The notes under the pieces are model-generated. The model made no database searches and was not told the origin of the DNA. It was given only the letters and a program-made list of their open reading frames with translations. DNA of 58,571 bases, the filler included, from Sphacelaria rigidula (taxonomy: Eukaryota): assembly GCA_964200075.2 (NCBI GenBank). It is 7 parts of 7 records of this genome, joined end to end, with 100 filler letters (N's around TTAATTAATTAA, not from the genome) between each part and the next. Parts side by side here need not be neighbours in the genome. Positions count along the whole stretch, not along the records: positions 33,529 to 41,809 come from CAXNAA020011663.1; positions 41,910 to 50,190 come from CAXNAA020011664.1; positions 50,291 to 58,571 come from CAXNAA020011665.1; 4 more parts are not named here. One strand, written 5' to 3'. The translations under genes were made by a program, and so were the position numbers. Of the stretch, positions 40,031 through 51,188 are shown in pieces. Numbering within the stretch: position 1 is the first letter of the stretch; each line of letters begins with the position of its first letter.

Positions 40031-40494
40031 CTTCCTACCCTCTGCTCTTGTCCGCCGACAGACGGTCCCGCGAGTCGCTGAAGGATCTTTAACTGTAGAC
40101 ATGACATGGGGCGGTCAGCAAGAGTTATATTCAAGCAAAAAGATTTCGCCAGTTATTCACACATTAGTTTGCTCAAGCATCATTCTTGTACGCTGATATC
40201 TCCATATGCTGGCGCGGTCTCAGCTTCTTCTCTGCTGAAAAAACCCGACAAAATGCCGATGGCTGTGACACATACCCACAAACGGCCTTTTTCTGTATAG
40301 GTGTTGCCTCACCACCGGCCACGACTATTCTGACCACCCCACCCCTACCCTCGACCACCCCTGAAGAAAAAACGAGCGCTCGCGTTCGTTCAGCGTCTGG
40401 TTAGGGGACCGGGACCTGAGCAGCACAAGTGGTAACCGCCAATACTCTCATGTTCCGTATGCCGCATGTGTGTTACCTTGTGTTGGGGTTCTAA

Positions 40495-40974
40495 GGCCGG
40501 ATGTTATGGCAAACAGATTTCTGGCTCACGGATTGTTCACTTTTGGGACGTTCGACCCACGTTTTGACCCCCACACAGGAGACATCGTCGACACACGTCT
40601 CGGACACTTTGCATCGCCCCACAGAGAGGAGCCTAGCCTACTTTTCAGATTCGCTTGGCTCCGAGGATTCGAGATTGGTCGCTGAACAAAAATTCGTGTA
40701 CAATAATCTGTGCTTGCCAACATACGGCCGTTTGCCCAAAAATCTGTGGAGATCGCCGTAGATTTTATTGCACACGAATTATTATCCAGTGGCCACTCTC
40801 GAAACCTTAGAGCCAAGCGAATCTGAAAAGTGGGCCAGGCTCCTCTCTGTGGGGCGATGCAAAGAGTTCAAGACGTGTTGGCGATTTTACCTGTTTGGGG
40901 GTCGAAAAGTGGGGTAAATGTCTTGAAAGTAAAGAATCCGTGGGCCAAAAATCTGTGTGCCATTGCATCCGGCC
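40495..40974. mobile_element. Tourist-like foldback MITE with TAA target-site duplication
   Basis: TAA|GGCCGGATG...CATCCGGCC|TAA with ~180-bp inverted arms. Related arm fragment at ~33570-33710. Confidence 0.85.
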
Positions 40975-41737
40975 TAACCCAGAGGAATTCTTCCGCGGAC
41001 ACCCAGTTGTTGATTAAAAGATGCAGGGAGGAAGTTTTTTTTTTCCTCGTGCTGTCCCTTTTTTGCGGTAGAGTTTACCGGCTTTGGGCTACAAATGTTC
41101 ACGGTTGACACATTACTTGATTTGAGTGTGTACAGCGTTAATCAGATCTCCAGTTGGGCTGATAGTCCCGTGTGCTCCTCGCGTGCGCAGAACGTGTTTT
41201 CGTTGAAATCAGCGCCACAGGCGCCGAATGGGGGTCCACCAAGGCCGCGCTTTGCCTAGGGACTGCTATGTACCACCCTTGCCCGAGGGTTCTCGGTATG
41301 CGTTGGGTTGGGGTAAGGGGTAGGGGTACAGCAGCGATACTTGTAAAATGTGTCAACCATCGACATTTGTAACCCAACGCCGGTTAACTAGTCTACCTTT
41401 TTTGGATCAGAGAAAGAGCCGCGGGGGCTAGCCGCATAGAGCTCGCAAAGGGAGAAGATCCAGTCACGGTCCACCATATTTTTTCGATGTGTGTGTGTGT
41501 GCGTTTGTGTTTTGCACCCTCTTGGTCGGGATTTTGAAAGACAGCCGGCCTGCCAGGTGTTTCTTGTTTGAGGACCGGCTGTTGTTGCATCTGGAAGGCC
41601 TTTCATTAGCGACAGGACTAATGTAGCCCATACGCGACGTCTGTGCTACTGCACTGTAATGTACCGTGGAGTGGTTGCAGCTGATTGGCTGCCTTTCAGC
41701 TGAACCTGTAAACTACCGTCCGGGGCTGCCTTCCAGC

Positions 41738-41774
<37 letters not shown>
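41738..41774 (+). repeat. (TTG)n microsatellite
   Basis: About 12 perfect units. Confidence 0.95.
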
Positions 41775-43994
41775 CTTCACATTAAAAACCGTTTCGATAT
41801 CTGCGCGGTNNNNNNNNNNNNNNNNNNNNNNNNNNNNNNNNNNNNNNNNNNNNTTAATTAATTAANNNNNNNNNNNNNNNNNNNNNNNNNNNNNNNNNNN
41901 NNNNNNNNNTTCCTTCCTGTGCCATGAGGTCATGAACCTCTCCGTTCCCTGCAGCACTTCCGCGTGCCACGGCAACCCCCCCTCGTGTGAGAAAAAATCC
42001 GTCAGACGGTTTTGAGGTTACCGACTGAGCCACCGGGGCGACTGAAACCCCCAAACTAGTGTCCATTCCATATCAGGCACTGCCGCGCGAATTTTGGTTA
42101 GCAAGAAATTTTCACTCGGAGAGTGCAGAGAGGACCGTGTGTGTGCGTGAGTGAATCGTCATGGTTTCTTTCAAAATTTACGTGTGATCTTGGTCATGAG
42201 TGAGCGAACGGTAAACGAACGCTAGTTGACACCGTTATGCCTACAGGCCGTCCGGGGAATGGACGGGTCCTCTTGCGCCTCTTCCGATGTTCAGGGGGTA
42301 ACACGTATCGTACGTCCTCGGTAGATGTGTCTCAAGAGTTCCAATCCAAGACGTTGACCTTGACGCTTCGCACCTCCATCGTATTGCACGAATCAGGATC
42401 TCTGTGATACACATCCTCTCGAAAGCCAACCACGAATTGGAGGAAATGATCGTACTCAGCCGGAAAGTGTGAAGTGCTTGTGCGACCTAAACGTTCATCT
42501 CCTCGACCCCTCGAGTTCAATAGTCTCATGGCCATGGTCTGCATGAACATGAGTACAACCCCCTCGAGTTCCAAGAGGCATCACTTCCTCGTGTCGGATA
42601 TTGTCCTCACACACATCAACATTTTCCCCAAATTTCGCAAGACCAACGTGTTGGATGTCTGTTCACAACAAGTACTTGCTTCCATGAACACCACACGCGG
42701 ATCACAAACTGGAACAAGGGCTCAACTGTAACCTCGAGACATTACACGGGTTAAGAGTGGTACTCCTAACCGGTAGTCACCGATCCAGGGTTTTCATGTA
42801 GTATGTCCGATAGGGGACAGCAGGAGAACCATGGATGCATAATTTTCATCAATAACACTAGGGTATTTTCATGTCTCGCTCCATCACGTTTCGTGGACAT
42901 GATCTTGGTCCAAGACAATATCCAAGAGGTCAAAGACACGACACCTGTAGTATGACTTCACAAGTTCGACCATTCATCCAGATTGACATTTACCGCCTCC
43001 ACGGTTCACACCATACCGCTGTGTGGGTGTAGTGTCGTGCGGTTTAACCAGGGCACCAGTGTGAAAAATATATATTGCATACCGTTGCTGTTCATGTCTC
43101 TGTTCCATCTCTTTTTTTCTCTCTGTTGTGCTCGGGGAGGGCTCCCTCTCACCATTCTCGTCGTGTATTTCCCATTTTTGTGGTAATGTGTCTCGTGAGA
43201 GGTCAGGATACGGTGCTGGAAAGGCGAGCTTGAGTCCCACGTACGGAAATGATGGTGACAAAATAATTATAGTCGTGCCCCGACAATGTAACCTACATCC
43301 CATCTCTCGAAGACGTGTTGGAGTGGTAGAGAAATGACACTGCTTAGCCCTGGACTGCGGGATGAGTCTTTCTGGATCATGCCTATTTTCTTCACTTCTA
43401 GTTGATGCGGGTCGTCGTCATCATCATGTATCCGAATGGCGGGCGTAGTATCTCATGTTGGAGCGAAGGACTATAATAGAACGACGCTGGGCCGGGAACC
43501 GGTACCAGTTGTTGACCACCCCGAAGTGGCTCTTGTTCCAACATCGCGGGTGGGGATCATCAACTCACGACGCGAGGCTCAGACATCACTTCGAGACTCT
43601 CGGCCATGAGGCGTGCTGGCTGAGCTCGTGATGAGGAGTCTCCGACACGTAACGAATGTGTCACGCCCTTACTCGGACGAGATCGTGGATCTACTCCGGA
43701 GTGAATGGAGCAGTACAGTTGCCAACCCCACGACCACCAGATGTGAGCGCACGCACCGCACCATATTTTTCAAGTGCGAGTATGTCGCCACTTGAAAAGC
43801 TGGATAGGGTTGGTCGACCATGATCAAAAACAGCAGTCGAATATAATTCGTCGTTCATTCTTCCCCGTACAGAGCAAGCCTCACGCAGCGCACAACAGGT
43901 CCAACACCCGAACACCCTCTTTGTACAAGTCTACCACCGCGGCCACGCACTCTTTCGTTCTCTACCCGTCAGCAACTGGACCAAGTCAGGCGTC

Positions 43995-44043
43995 CTACAT
44001 GCTTCCTGCCACATGCCAGGCACGGATGATGCCATCAGTGTAC
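43995..44043 (-). CDS. RACK1: RACK1 exon 8 (terminal)
   Basis: [15 protein letters not shown] then TAG. Confidence 0.92.
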
Positions 44044-47000
44044 CTTTGGAAGCGGGCGAGATACGGCACATAGTGGGGGGGGGGGGGGGGGGGGGGGGGA
44101 AAGGAAGGAGGTTTTTTTTTGGATTTTTGTTTTGGGGTTTTTTTTGGAAGAAAATCCCAACAGGAATTCCNNNNNNNNNNGGGGTGGGGGGGGGGGGGGG
44201 GGGGGGGGGGGGGGTGGGGGGGGGGGGGGGGGGGGGGGGGGGCGGAAGTGATCGATGTTATGTTTTGGAATTTTGATCTCGGGATATTTCGTGACGTGAA
44301 TGCCATCAGGACTTCCGCTTCAAGAACTATATGGAAACCTCACTGGGCGTTCATTTGGAATGATCTACTCAGGCGCTATACTCAAATAGCATGTGATTGC
44401 CCGTAAGCGCGACATCGCTCGCGTGACCTCCAAACGGGAAACAATTTTTTTTTCCTTCCGAATCGCGATGGGCCAACGCCAGCTGGTACTCACCCGGAGT
44501 AGAGGATGCTGCCGTTGTTGGACCAGCAGAGGCAAGTGCAGTACGGCACGATCGCCTTTGGAGACAAGAGCTCGGGGAACTCAGGTCGGAGCTCGTCCAC
44601 CACCACCTTCGACTCGAGGTCCCAGATCTGGTTCAAAGCGTCGTGCACAGAATAATCAGAGGAATTTCATCGAACCAAGAGCGAGTCAAATTTCGGCGTC
44701 ATGCATGTAACGTGTGGATTCGTCGCACGAAGAACCCAAACAACTCAAGCTTTATCATGATGCTGCGGACAGTGGAACAGTGTAGCAGATTTCTCATGGC
44801 ATTCTCCCAGCAACTCCACCCGTTAGATCCACAGACAACATTGGACACAAATGGGGTTGGGGTTGGGGTTGGGGTTTCTTCATGTTGCGGTACTCCTCAG
44901 GCACACACCTTGATGCCTACAGTGGTGGCTGCGCACAGCCAGTAGCGGTTCGGCGAGAAGACGAGCGAGTGGATGATATCACCAGCATCGAGCGAGTACA
45001 GACGTTTGCCCTCCTTGAGATCCCACAACATGGCCGTGCCATCCTTGCCACCGGAGGCGCACAGAGACCCATCAGGCGACACCGTCACGGTGTTCAAGTA
45101 TCTGCTCGAACCACGTAACACGCGTCACAGCGAGAAAATTGTCAGATTTGATTCTTGATATTGGAAAACCAAAATGAACGTGCTGATTGAGGGCGAAAAA
45201 CGAAAAATGGTCGTTCCACAGGATGTTGTTCAGAGACGGAATATTTTGCAAAAGTTCAACAGTAACCATGACCAACACCAACGGAATTATCCTGCTGTGA
45301 CAATATATTTCTCATATGCACGACAGAATACTTTTTCCGAGGCGGCTCGGCTTCCAGACTGTATCAGTCGACAGGTCATACCACGCACGGAATCCTTTGC
45401 CAATTGTACGCAATTTTCTTGCGTCCAACAGACCAGGAGCGTGGCAGGCTTTTAAAACTGATTTTGTTTTTTTTCTTCGGGCTCATGACACCCCTCGTCA
45501 ATTTCACGCTCTCCCCTTTTTGGGCCGTGCGCGTACGAATCGAGGGGCAACGCCTGCTGACACCCGGGCATCCTTTACATCACAAAAAATAGGTCACTAT
45601 CATATCGCAATTGAGTAAGGTATCATCCTCACACGACCAAAATACCTCAGCGACCACTCATACCCATGTAGAAATGGGGTCACGAACCTACCAAATACTG
45701 GAGGCGATGCTGATGGGGCTACGATCATACTCGCTCACCCGGTATGGCCGATGAGGTTCGTGTGCAGCTTGCAGTTCGATAAAGCCCAGACCTTCACCAG
45801 CTTGTCCCATCCCGCGGACACGATTACCGGCGCAGACGGCGAAGGCGAGAATCGTACACAGGATACCCACTCGGTGTGACCCTGAATCCACGACACGAGA
45901 AGATCGAGTCGGGCATCAATGAGGACCGTACAAGGGCATATGGAATTGTTCGAACGCTTGCTCCCGCAGAGGACAAACGGAGATTTCTCTGGTGAGTCAA
46001 CCGTAGTAGTGCAGTTGCATGCAAGTTGAGCAGAATTCATGATAAAGCTCACAAAATGTCGGCTGCAGCGGTGTTTGTTCGCTCAAATAAAGTCCCAGAC
46101 ATCGATACAACCGGACTTGTACACAAACCGAAGGATGGAATCACACGTGCCAAGGGCATGCAAAAAAATCATGTATCAGTCGACAGGTCTTACCACGTAC
46201 GGAATCCTTTGCCAATTGTACGCAATTTTCTCGCGTCCAACAGACCGGGAGCGTGGCAGGCTTTTAAAACTGATTTTGTTTTTATTCTTCGGGCTCATGA
46301 CACCCCTCGTCAATTTCACGCTCTCCCCTTTTTGGGCCGTGCGCGTACGAATCGAGGGGCAACGCCTGCTGACACCCGGGCATCCTATACGTAACAAAAA
46401 GACTGATGGCAACAAGAGAGTAAGGTACTACCCTCATACGACCACAAAACACCCTCCCGTGGACGGGGTTTGGTGAAAATCTTGAGGGTTTGCACGTGCT
46501 CATATGTGAAATTGGCAACATGAGCGGTGGGAATTAACTCGTATTTGAAATTTGTGTTGGGAAATCATGTTTCGTCTCCGCGGTGAAGGATTCAAAACGA
46601 ACAATAATGGCCAACAAGCCATGGTAGTCTTCCATGCCAGGACTGGAAGATGCAGATTTCGTCATGACAGATACGCGAACCCCGAGACACTTAGTTGAAT
46701 GACGAATTTTGATATAGCCACGAGCAGTCTGTCGTCATGGACGTCGCCTTTGTGGCTCTACCTAGTTCAGATTCGTCACGACTGTGGGGGAAAGGGGATC
46801 TTTCAAATACGAGTCCGCCTTCCTTTTCGTGAAGAAACGAAGAGCCAGTCTCATTACTCACATCTTCCTGAATAGTATACTTGCACTCGCCGAGGGTGTT
46901 CCACAACTTGATGGTTTTATCGCGAGATCCGGACACGATTTGCCTGAAGACGAGACAAAGGATGGAAGCCAAGTTGCAAATCGGTGTGAACACGGGGCCT

Positions 47001-48423
47001 ATATACTAGCTTTTCGGCATAGTAACGGGACCTCTTGCCAAAACAGCGCAGTGCGCCGGATTCCCATGCTTTTTATACAGACACATGTACTAGCTTTTCG
47101 GCATGGTAACGGGACCTCTTGCCTACAGCGCAGTGCGCTGGCATCCCGTGCTATTTATACAGAGCGATCCTTCGCGACCTGCAAATTCTGTATATACTAC
47201 ACGAGATGTTGATATCTGATGCGGGTCAACTTGAATGTCATGCGCAGCCACCGGAGAGCGAACGTCCATCTTCAACCTTTACCGGTTATCGGCGGAGAAG
47301 GCGACGGAAAGCACGTCCTTGGCATGGCCAACGAACCGCCGGGTGGTGCGGCCAGACTGTATCTCCCACAACCGCAGCGTTCCATCCCATGATCCGGACC
47401 TATACAGCGGTTATATGTGCGCGAGGGAGGTGGGTAAGAATGCATCAGACAACTTCGTATCAAGTCGCGATGTACCTTCGCCGCGGGGCCTTCACATTAT
47501 GACAAGCGACGAGCAACTCTTTCTTTCAGCGAGTTGAATGTAAGAATCGCACATGCCCCTAGCCAGCGATTCGTCCCCAGACAATCAAGCTCGCAGTGTG
47601 TGACAGCGTCATCAAGCGCGGTACAACTCTGCTGGCTTGCACGGCCCGATCACGCAATGCCACATTACTCACAGGGCAAACTGTCCGTCTGAAGAGATGA
47701 CCACCTCAGACACAAAGTGGGAGTGTCCGGTGAGAGATCTGTGAGGGTAACCGTACTGGTCCTCGCCACGCTGGAGCTTCCACACGATGATGCTCTTGTC
47801 GCGAGACGAGGACACGATCATGTCGGGGTTCTGGTTCCGTTTAAATCAAAAATTTCAACAACAAAAAAGTTCAGAGTGGACAGTGAGGGGAATGGTCAAA
47901 ATAATCACCCTGACACGCGCATGCTGTACTTCCTGCAGCAAGGTGACAAAACAGTTGTTTTGCACAGAAAATCTTGGTGTTTACACAAGTGGAAGGTTCT
48001 GTTGCAAGGTTACGGCAGCAGCGTCTTACGTTCCGTCATGCTCAGGGTCTCGGATGTGGATAGACAGGCACTTCCCCGTCGAAAGGCACGAGCCTGGCTG
48101 GTGCACACATGGAAAAGGTACCAGGCGGGCATGAACCGGACGGGATACACAGGTGTCTCCGAAACTCGCGAAGAACACAGTTCACGACAGAGGTGATCAG
48201 CATGGTCCAAGACACGAGAAGCTGCGGACACGCTACTCAGCCCAACAACCCCTCTAGCAATACAGACGCGCAACACCACCCATCGATGAGGTTTCTGGTG
48301 CACAACTTCGAATTCAAATTCTTCGCAAACTCTAATGATCTTCACCTCCGAGGTTGCGGCGATAGAGGTGACCCAATCCTCATGCGCCACCAGCTGGCCG
48401 CGGAACTTGAGCTGGTCTCCCAT
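43995..48423 (-). CDS. RACK1: Receptor for activated C kinase 1 (40S WD40 protein), 8 exons, 317 aa
   Basis: Exons 48346-48423, 47673-47830, 47283-47399, 46862-46943, 45739-45881, 44909-45101, 44494-44627 and 43995-44043. All introns are GT-AG with consistent phases; total 954 nt. Peptides [47 protein letters not shown] and [21 protein letters not shown] are characteristic of RACK1. Confidence 0.97.
44494..44627 (-). CDS. RACK1: RACK1 exon 7
   Basis: [17 protein letters not shown]...[11 protein letters not shown] with AG/GT borders. Not in the supplied ORF track. Confidence 0.93.
44909..45101 (-). CDS. RACK1: RACK1 exon 6
   Basis: [11 protein letters not shown]...[12 protein letters not shown] with AG/GT borders. 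Confidence 0.95.
45357..45574 (-). ncRNA. Intronic box H/ACA snoRNA candidate, copy 1 (RACK1 intron 5); predicted guide for the LSU site equivalent to yeast 25S Psi2975
   Basis: Two hairpins, H box AGAAAA (45471-45476) and ACA (45360-45362). 3' pocket ACCUGUC / UAAAA is complementary to LSU GACAGGU-U-AG-UUUUA, 14 nt from ACA. Confidence 0.75.
45739..45881 (-). CDS. RACK1: RACK1 exon 5
   Basis: [13 protein letters not shown]...LIGHT with AG/GT borders. Confidence 0.95.
46169..46386 (-). ncRNA. Intronic box H/ACA snoRNA candidate, copy 2 (RACK1 intron 4)
   Basis: Near-identical to copy 1. H box AGAATA, ACA at 46172-46174. Similarity between the copies stops right after ACA. Confidence 0.75.
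46862..46943 (-). CDS. RACK1: RACK1 exon 4
   Basis: [27 protein letters not shown] with AG/GT borders. Confidence 0.95.
47004..47163. repeat. ~84-bp tandem duplication in RACK1 intron 3
   Basis: tactagcttttcggcatrgtaacgggacctcttgcc...cagcgcagtgcgc...tttatacaga present twice. Confidence 0.9.
47283..47399 (-). CDS. RACK1: RACK1 exon 3
   Basis: [38 protein letters not shown] with AG/GT borders. Confidence 0.95.
47673..47830 (-). CDS. RACK1: RACK1 exon 2
   Basis: [19 protein letters not shown]...SDGQFA|GTGAGT. Confidence 0.95.
48346..48423 (-). CDS. RACK1: RACK1 exon 1
   Basis: [26 protein letters not shown] then GT. Confidence 0.93.
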
Positions 48424-48814
48424 GATTGCAGAGTAAAGTACAAGGAAAAGCGACGAAGGGCTGCGTGAGACTTGTGTGGTCACGTGGGGTTATCGAAGGC
48501 GGCGAGATAAAAGTAAAGGGGGGGTGCAATTTGAACGCAGGGGGGGGTGCTGAAGAAGGGGGTACCATGAAAATGTGAGGGGGGCTTGGGCGCACCAGAG
48601 GAAGGCCAAGCCCGTGAACGAGTCCAGCTGCCGGTGTGGGCAACCCTGACTTTTTCGGTCTCGCTGGTGGTCCCTACATCGCTGCACCGTCTACTGCTAA
48701 TCGCATTAGGTCTTGAGTCCCTTCGTAAACGCCACTTTCTATCAAGAAGCACCTCAGATCGTGTCATCCGAAGACAGCTGGTAGGCCCACGGGCAGCAGG
48801 CTCACACGATAGCA
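48424..48814. promoter_or_regulatory. Putative bidirectional promoter (RACK1/NMD3)
   Basis: 391 bp between divergent start codons. Both 5' UTRs and promoters must lie here unless there are non-coding upstream exons. Confidence 0.6.
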
Positions 48815-49132
48815 ATGAGCACGGCGATGACAATGGATGTTGTGCCGCCTGCTGCCGCCACAGCGGCGCCGACAGATGGCCTGGCAGCGCCCCCGGCACC
48901 CAAGACTGAAAAGCAGATGCCTACGGTGCTATGCTGCATGTGCTCGCTACCTATCCCGCCCAATCCGACCAGTATGTGTGTTCTTTGCATCAGGACACAA
49001 GTGGATATCACGGAAGGTATAGCGACAAATCTAACCATTCATCAATGCCGTGGCTGCCAGAGGTACCTCCGACCGCCCTGGGTAGAGGCGAAGCTTGAGA
49101 GTCGGGAGCTAATGGCTGTGTGTTTGAGGAAG
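48815..49132 (+). CDS. NMD3: 60S ribosomal export adaptor NMD3, first coding exon (rest of gene beyond the contig)
   Basis: VLCCMCSLPIPPNPTSMCVLCIRTQVDITEGI...CRGCQRYLRPPWVEAKLESRELMAVCLRK followed by a GTGGGT donor. The start Met is uncertain (several in-frame ATGs). Confidence 0.92.
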
Positions 49133-50108
49133 GTGGGTGCCGGAGATTTTCCATGGTTTCCAATTGTTCAGGGCGTGTGGTGTATGGTGGTGCCGTTTTG
49201 GCATGCTGCTTTTGTTTCCAGAGTGGGAAGTACTGCACTGTCTGGATGGTCTGTACCTGCTGGCCGGGCGGATTTTACTCGTGTTCGTCGTCAACAGTCA
49301 TGGTTTATTTTTGTGCACACTGTACTGCAGCCTCCGTCAAAAATCTCCCTGTCTCCTTGCCAAAATCAATCTAAGGGCATACAGAAAATCCGTCGGGCGA
49401 TGGAGATGCACAGGGCGCTGGAGGTTATCTGTGCGTTGGCACAGTTTATTTCGATGGCCAGTTGAGCAAAAACTGCTGCGCCCGCGGAGGGGTTCTTCGG
49501 GACTGTCACCACTGTCCGCCGCACTCGTATCTTTGTGGTTCCACGGTCGTGCTCATGGTGAACCACAACGTGCGCTGCCAGAACAGACCAGCAGAACGCA
49601 GAGCAATGCAGGATCAACATGTCTCACGCTGATGCCAGCGGCTGGAGCGTAACCGTGTGGATCAAGCATCGCGTTTGTTTCATCTCGTTTACGTGACATG
49701 TTGTCGAGGAATGCTAGTTGTGCCGCAAAATCACTTATACGGTCAACACGTTGCGGGGTACTGCATGTTTTGAAGATGCAGGCGCTCCTGGTTTCGGCGC
49801 CGCTTCAAAGAAGACGACGCGGTCGAGTTTTAGTGAACGCATTTTATCAAGCGTTTTTTCTTCACACCCTGCCTCATTCAGTCTCGCGGCCTGGTTAGCC
49901 TTGCTTGTCTTCCTCATGTTCACTCGGATCCTTCTCTGTCACAATTTCGGGCTTGCCACGTCTTCAGCCTAGCACATGTATTGGACAAAGTTTCACGTAA
50001 CATGGAGCATTACCGGTGAAATCGGCTACCCGTGGAACTACGCAATATACTTCGAGTTCGCTACCCGGTGATGGTACCGCTCATGCGCGCGACTTTTCTT
50101 CTCCTTCC

Positions 50109-50168
<60 letters not shown>

Positions 50169-50944
50169 CTGGGCTGCGAGGGGGGGGGGGNNNNNNNNNN
50201 NNNNNNNNNNNNNNNNNNNNNNNNNNNNNNNNNNTTAATTAATTAANNNNNNNNNNNNNNNNNNNNNNNNNNNNNNNNNNNNNNNNNNNNTTATTTTTTT
50301 CTCTGCTGCTCCCGTGATCTTCTGCATTTCAATCATAAACAGCTGCTGTCAAAATTTCAGCGTCCAACTCCCGATATCTCGCCGTGTGGCGCCTAAGCGA
50401 GGCTCGCGCCTACTCTTGGCTGGCCTAGCTCGTAGAGTGTCGGGAGTCGCACCCGAAAAATAACTGGAAAGCAGTCCCTAAAACCCTACCCCCAATTTGC
50501 GTACTTCAAGCGCGACTTTCAAAATACCTCGCGATTGAGTATACTCTACTCGACATGCCCTTAAAACATTCTCTATGCATTTCTTGCGCTGTTCCACGTG
50601 CCTGGGGTTGCGCGTACTTGGGGTGTAACGCTGATAACAGAGCCTAAGGATTGATTCGTACGGTACGGTACGAATCAATTACACTAAAAACAGGTAATTA
50701 TCAGATGAATCAGTATTCGTCCGACCCTTGAAAACGTGTACCCTCGACGGTGTTACGCACGAATCACGAACCCAAAACATGCACGAATCACAACTTGCGT
50801 ACGAATCGAATGATTGAGAACCGCAAAATTATCGTACGAGTAGTAGACCATTAAACTGATCTTGCGGGAAACGATACGCTATCCTGATGTAGGATAGAGC
50901 AAGACACAACTCGAGCACTCGCTTCATTGTTCTCTTTTTCATTG

Positions 50945-51188
50945 TTTTTCCTCACACTTTGAATCCCCGGTATGTGCCTTTCATTTTGATCTCGCGGATT
51001 GGATAAGCACTTCCGCACCGGGTCAACTCACCTCACACAAACCCAGTCGACTACTTCGTTTACTCACGCTTTCTACGGTGGAAATCATACATTACGAAGA
51101 AAAAACTCAACGCATCGGGAATCGAACCCCCGTTCTCTCCATCCTAATCGCGACAGTCGAACCCTTACACCGCCGGGGCGCGGCGGCT
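50945..51188 (-). mobile_element. tRNA-derived SINE (family B)
   Basis: Minus-strand B box GGTTCGATTCC and degenerate A box. Homologous to 55495-55803. Confidence 0.8.

Noticed and set aside
42300-43500. Second Harbinger-like relic (GARHENTLV on the minus strand)
   Set aside because: A single weak motif; other motifs need several assumed frameshifts.
44650-44760. Box C/D snoRNA in RACK1 intron 6 (GAGGAATT match to 18S)
   Set aside because: Only 8 nt of complement overlapping the D box, and an imperfect C box.
45365-45582. Box C/D reading of the duplicated intronic segment (CTGA near the 3' end, GTGATGT upstream, U25-like GACCTGT)
   Set aside because: The C-like box is lost in copy 2, the 18S complement is only 7-8 nt and the D+5 position does not hit the known methylated G. 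The H/ACA model fits better.
49133-49465. C-terminal part of the 216-aa ORF as NMD3 coding sequence
   Set aside because: NMD3 similarity stops at the GT donor at 49133; the rest is intron read-through. No WTEPH-type exon 2 was found in the window.
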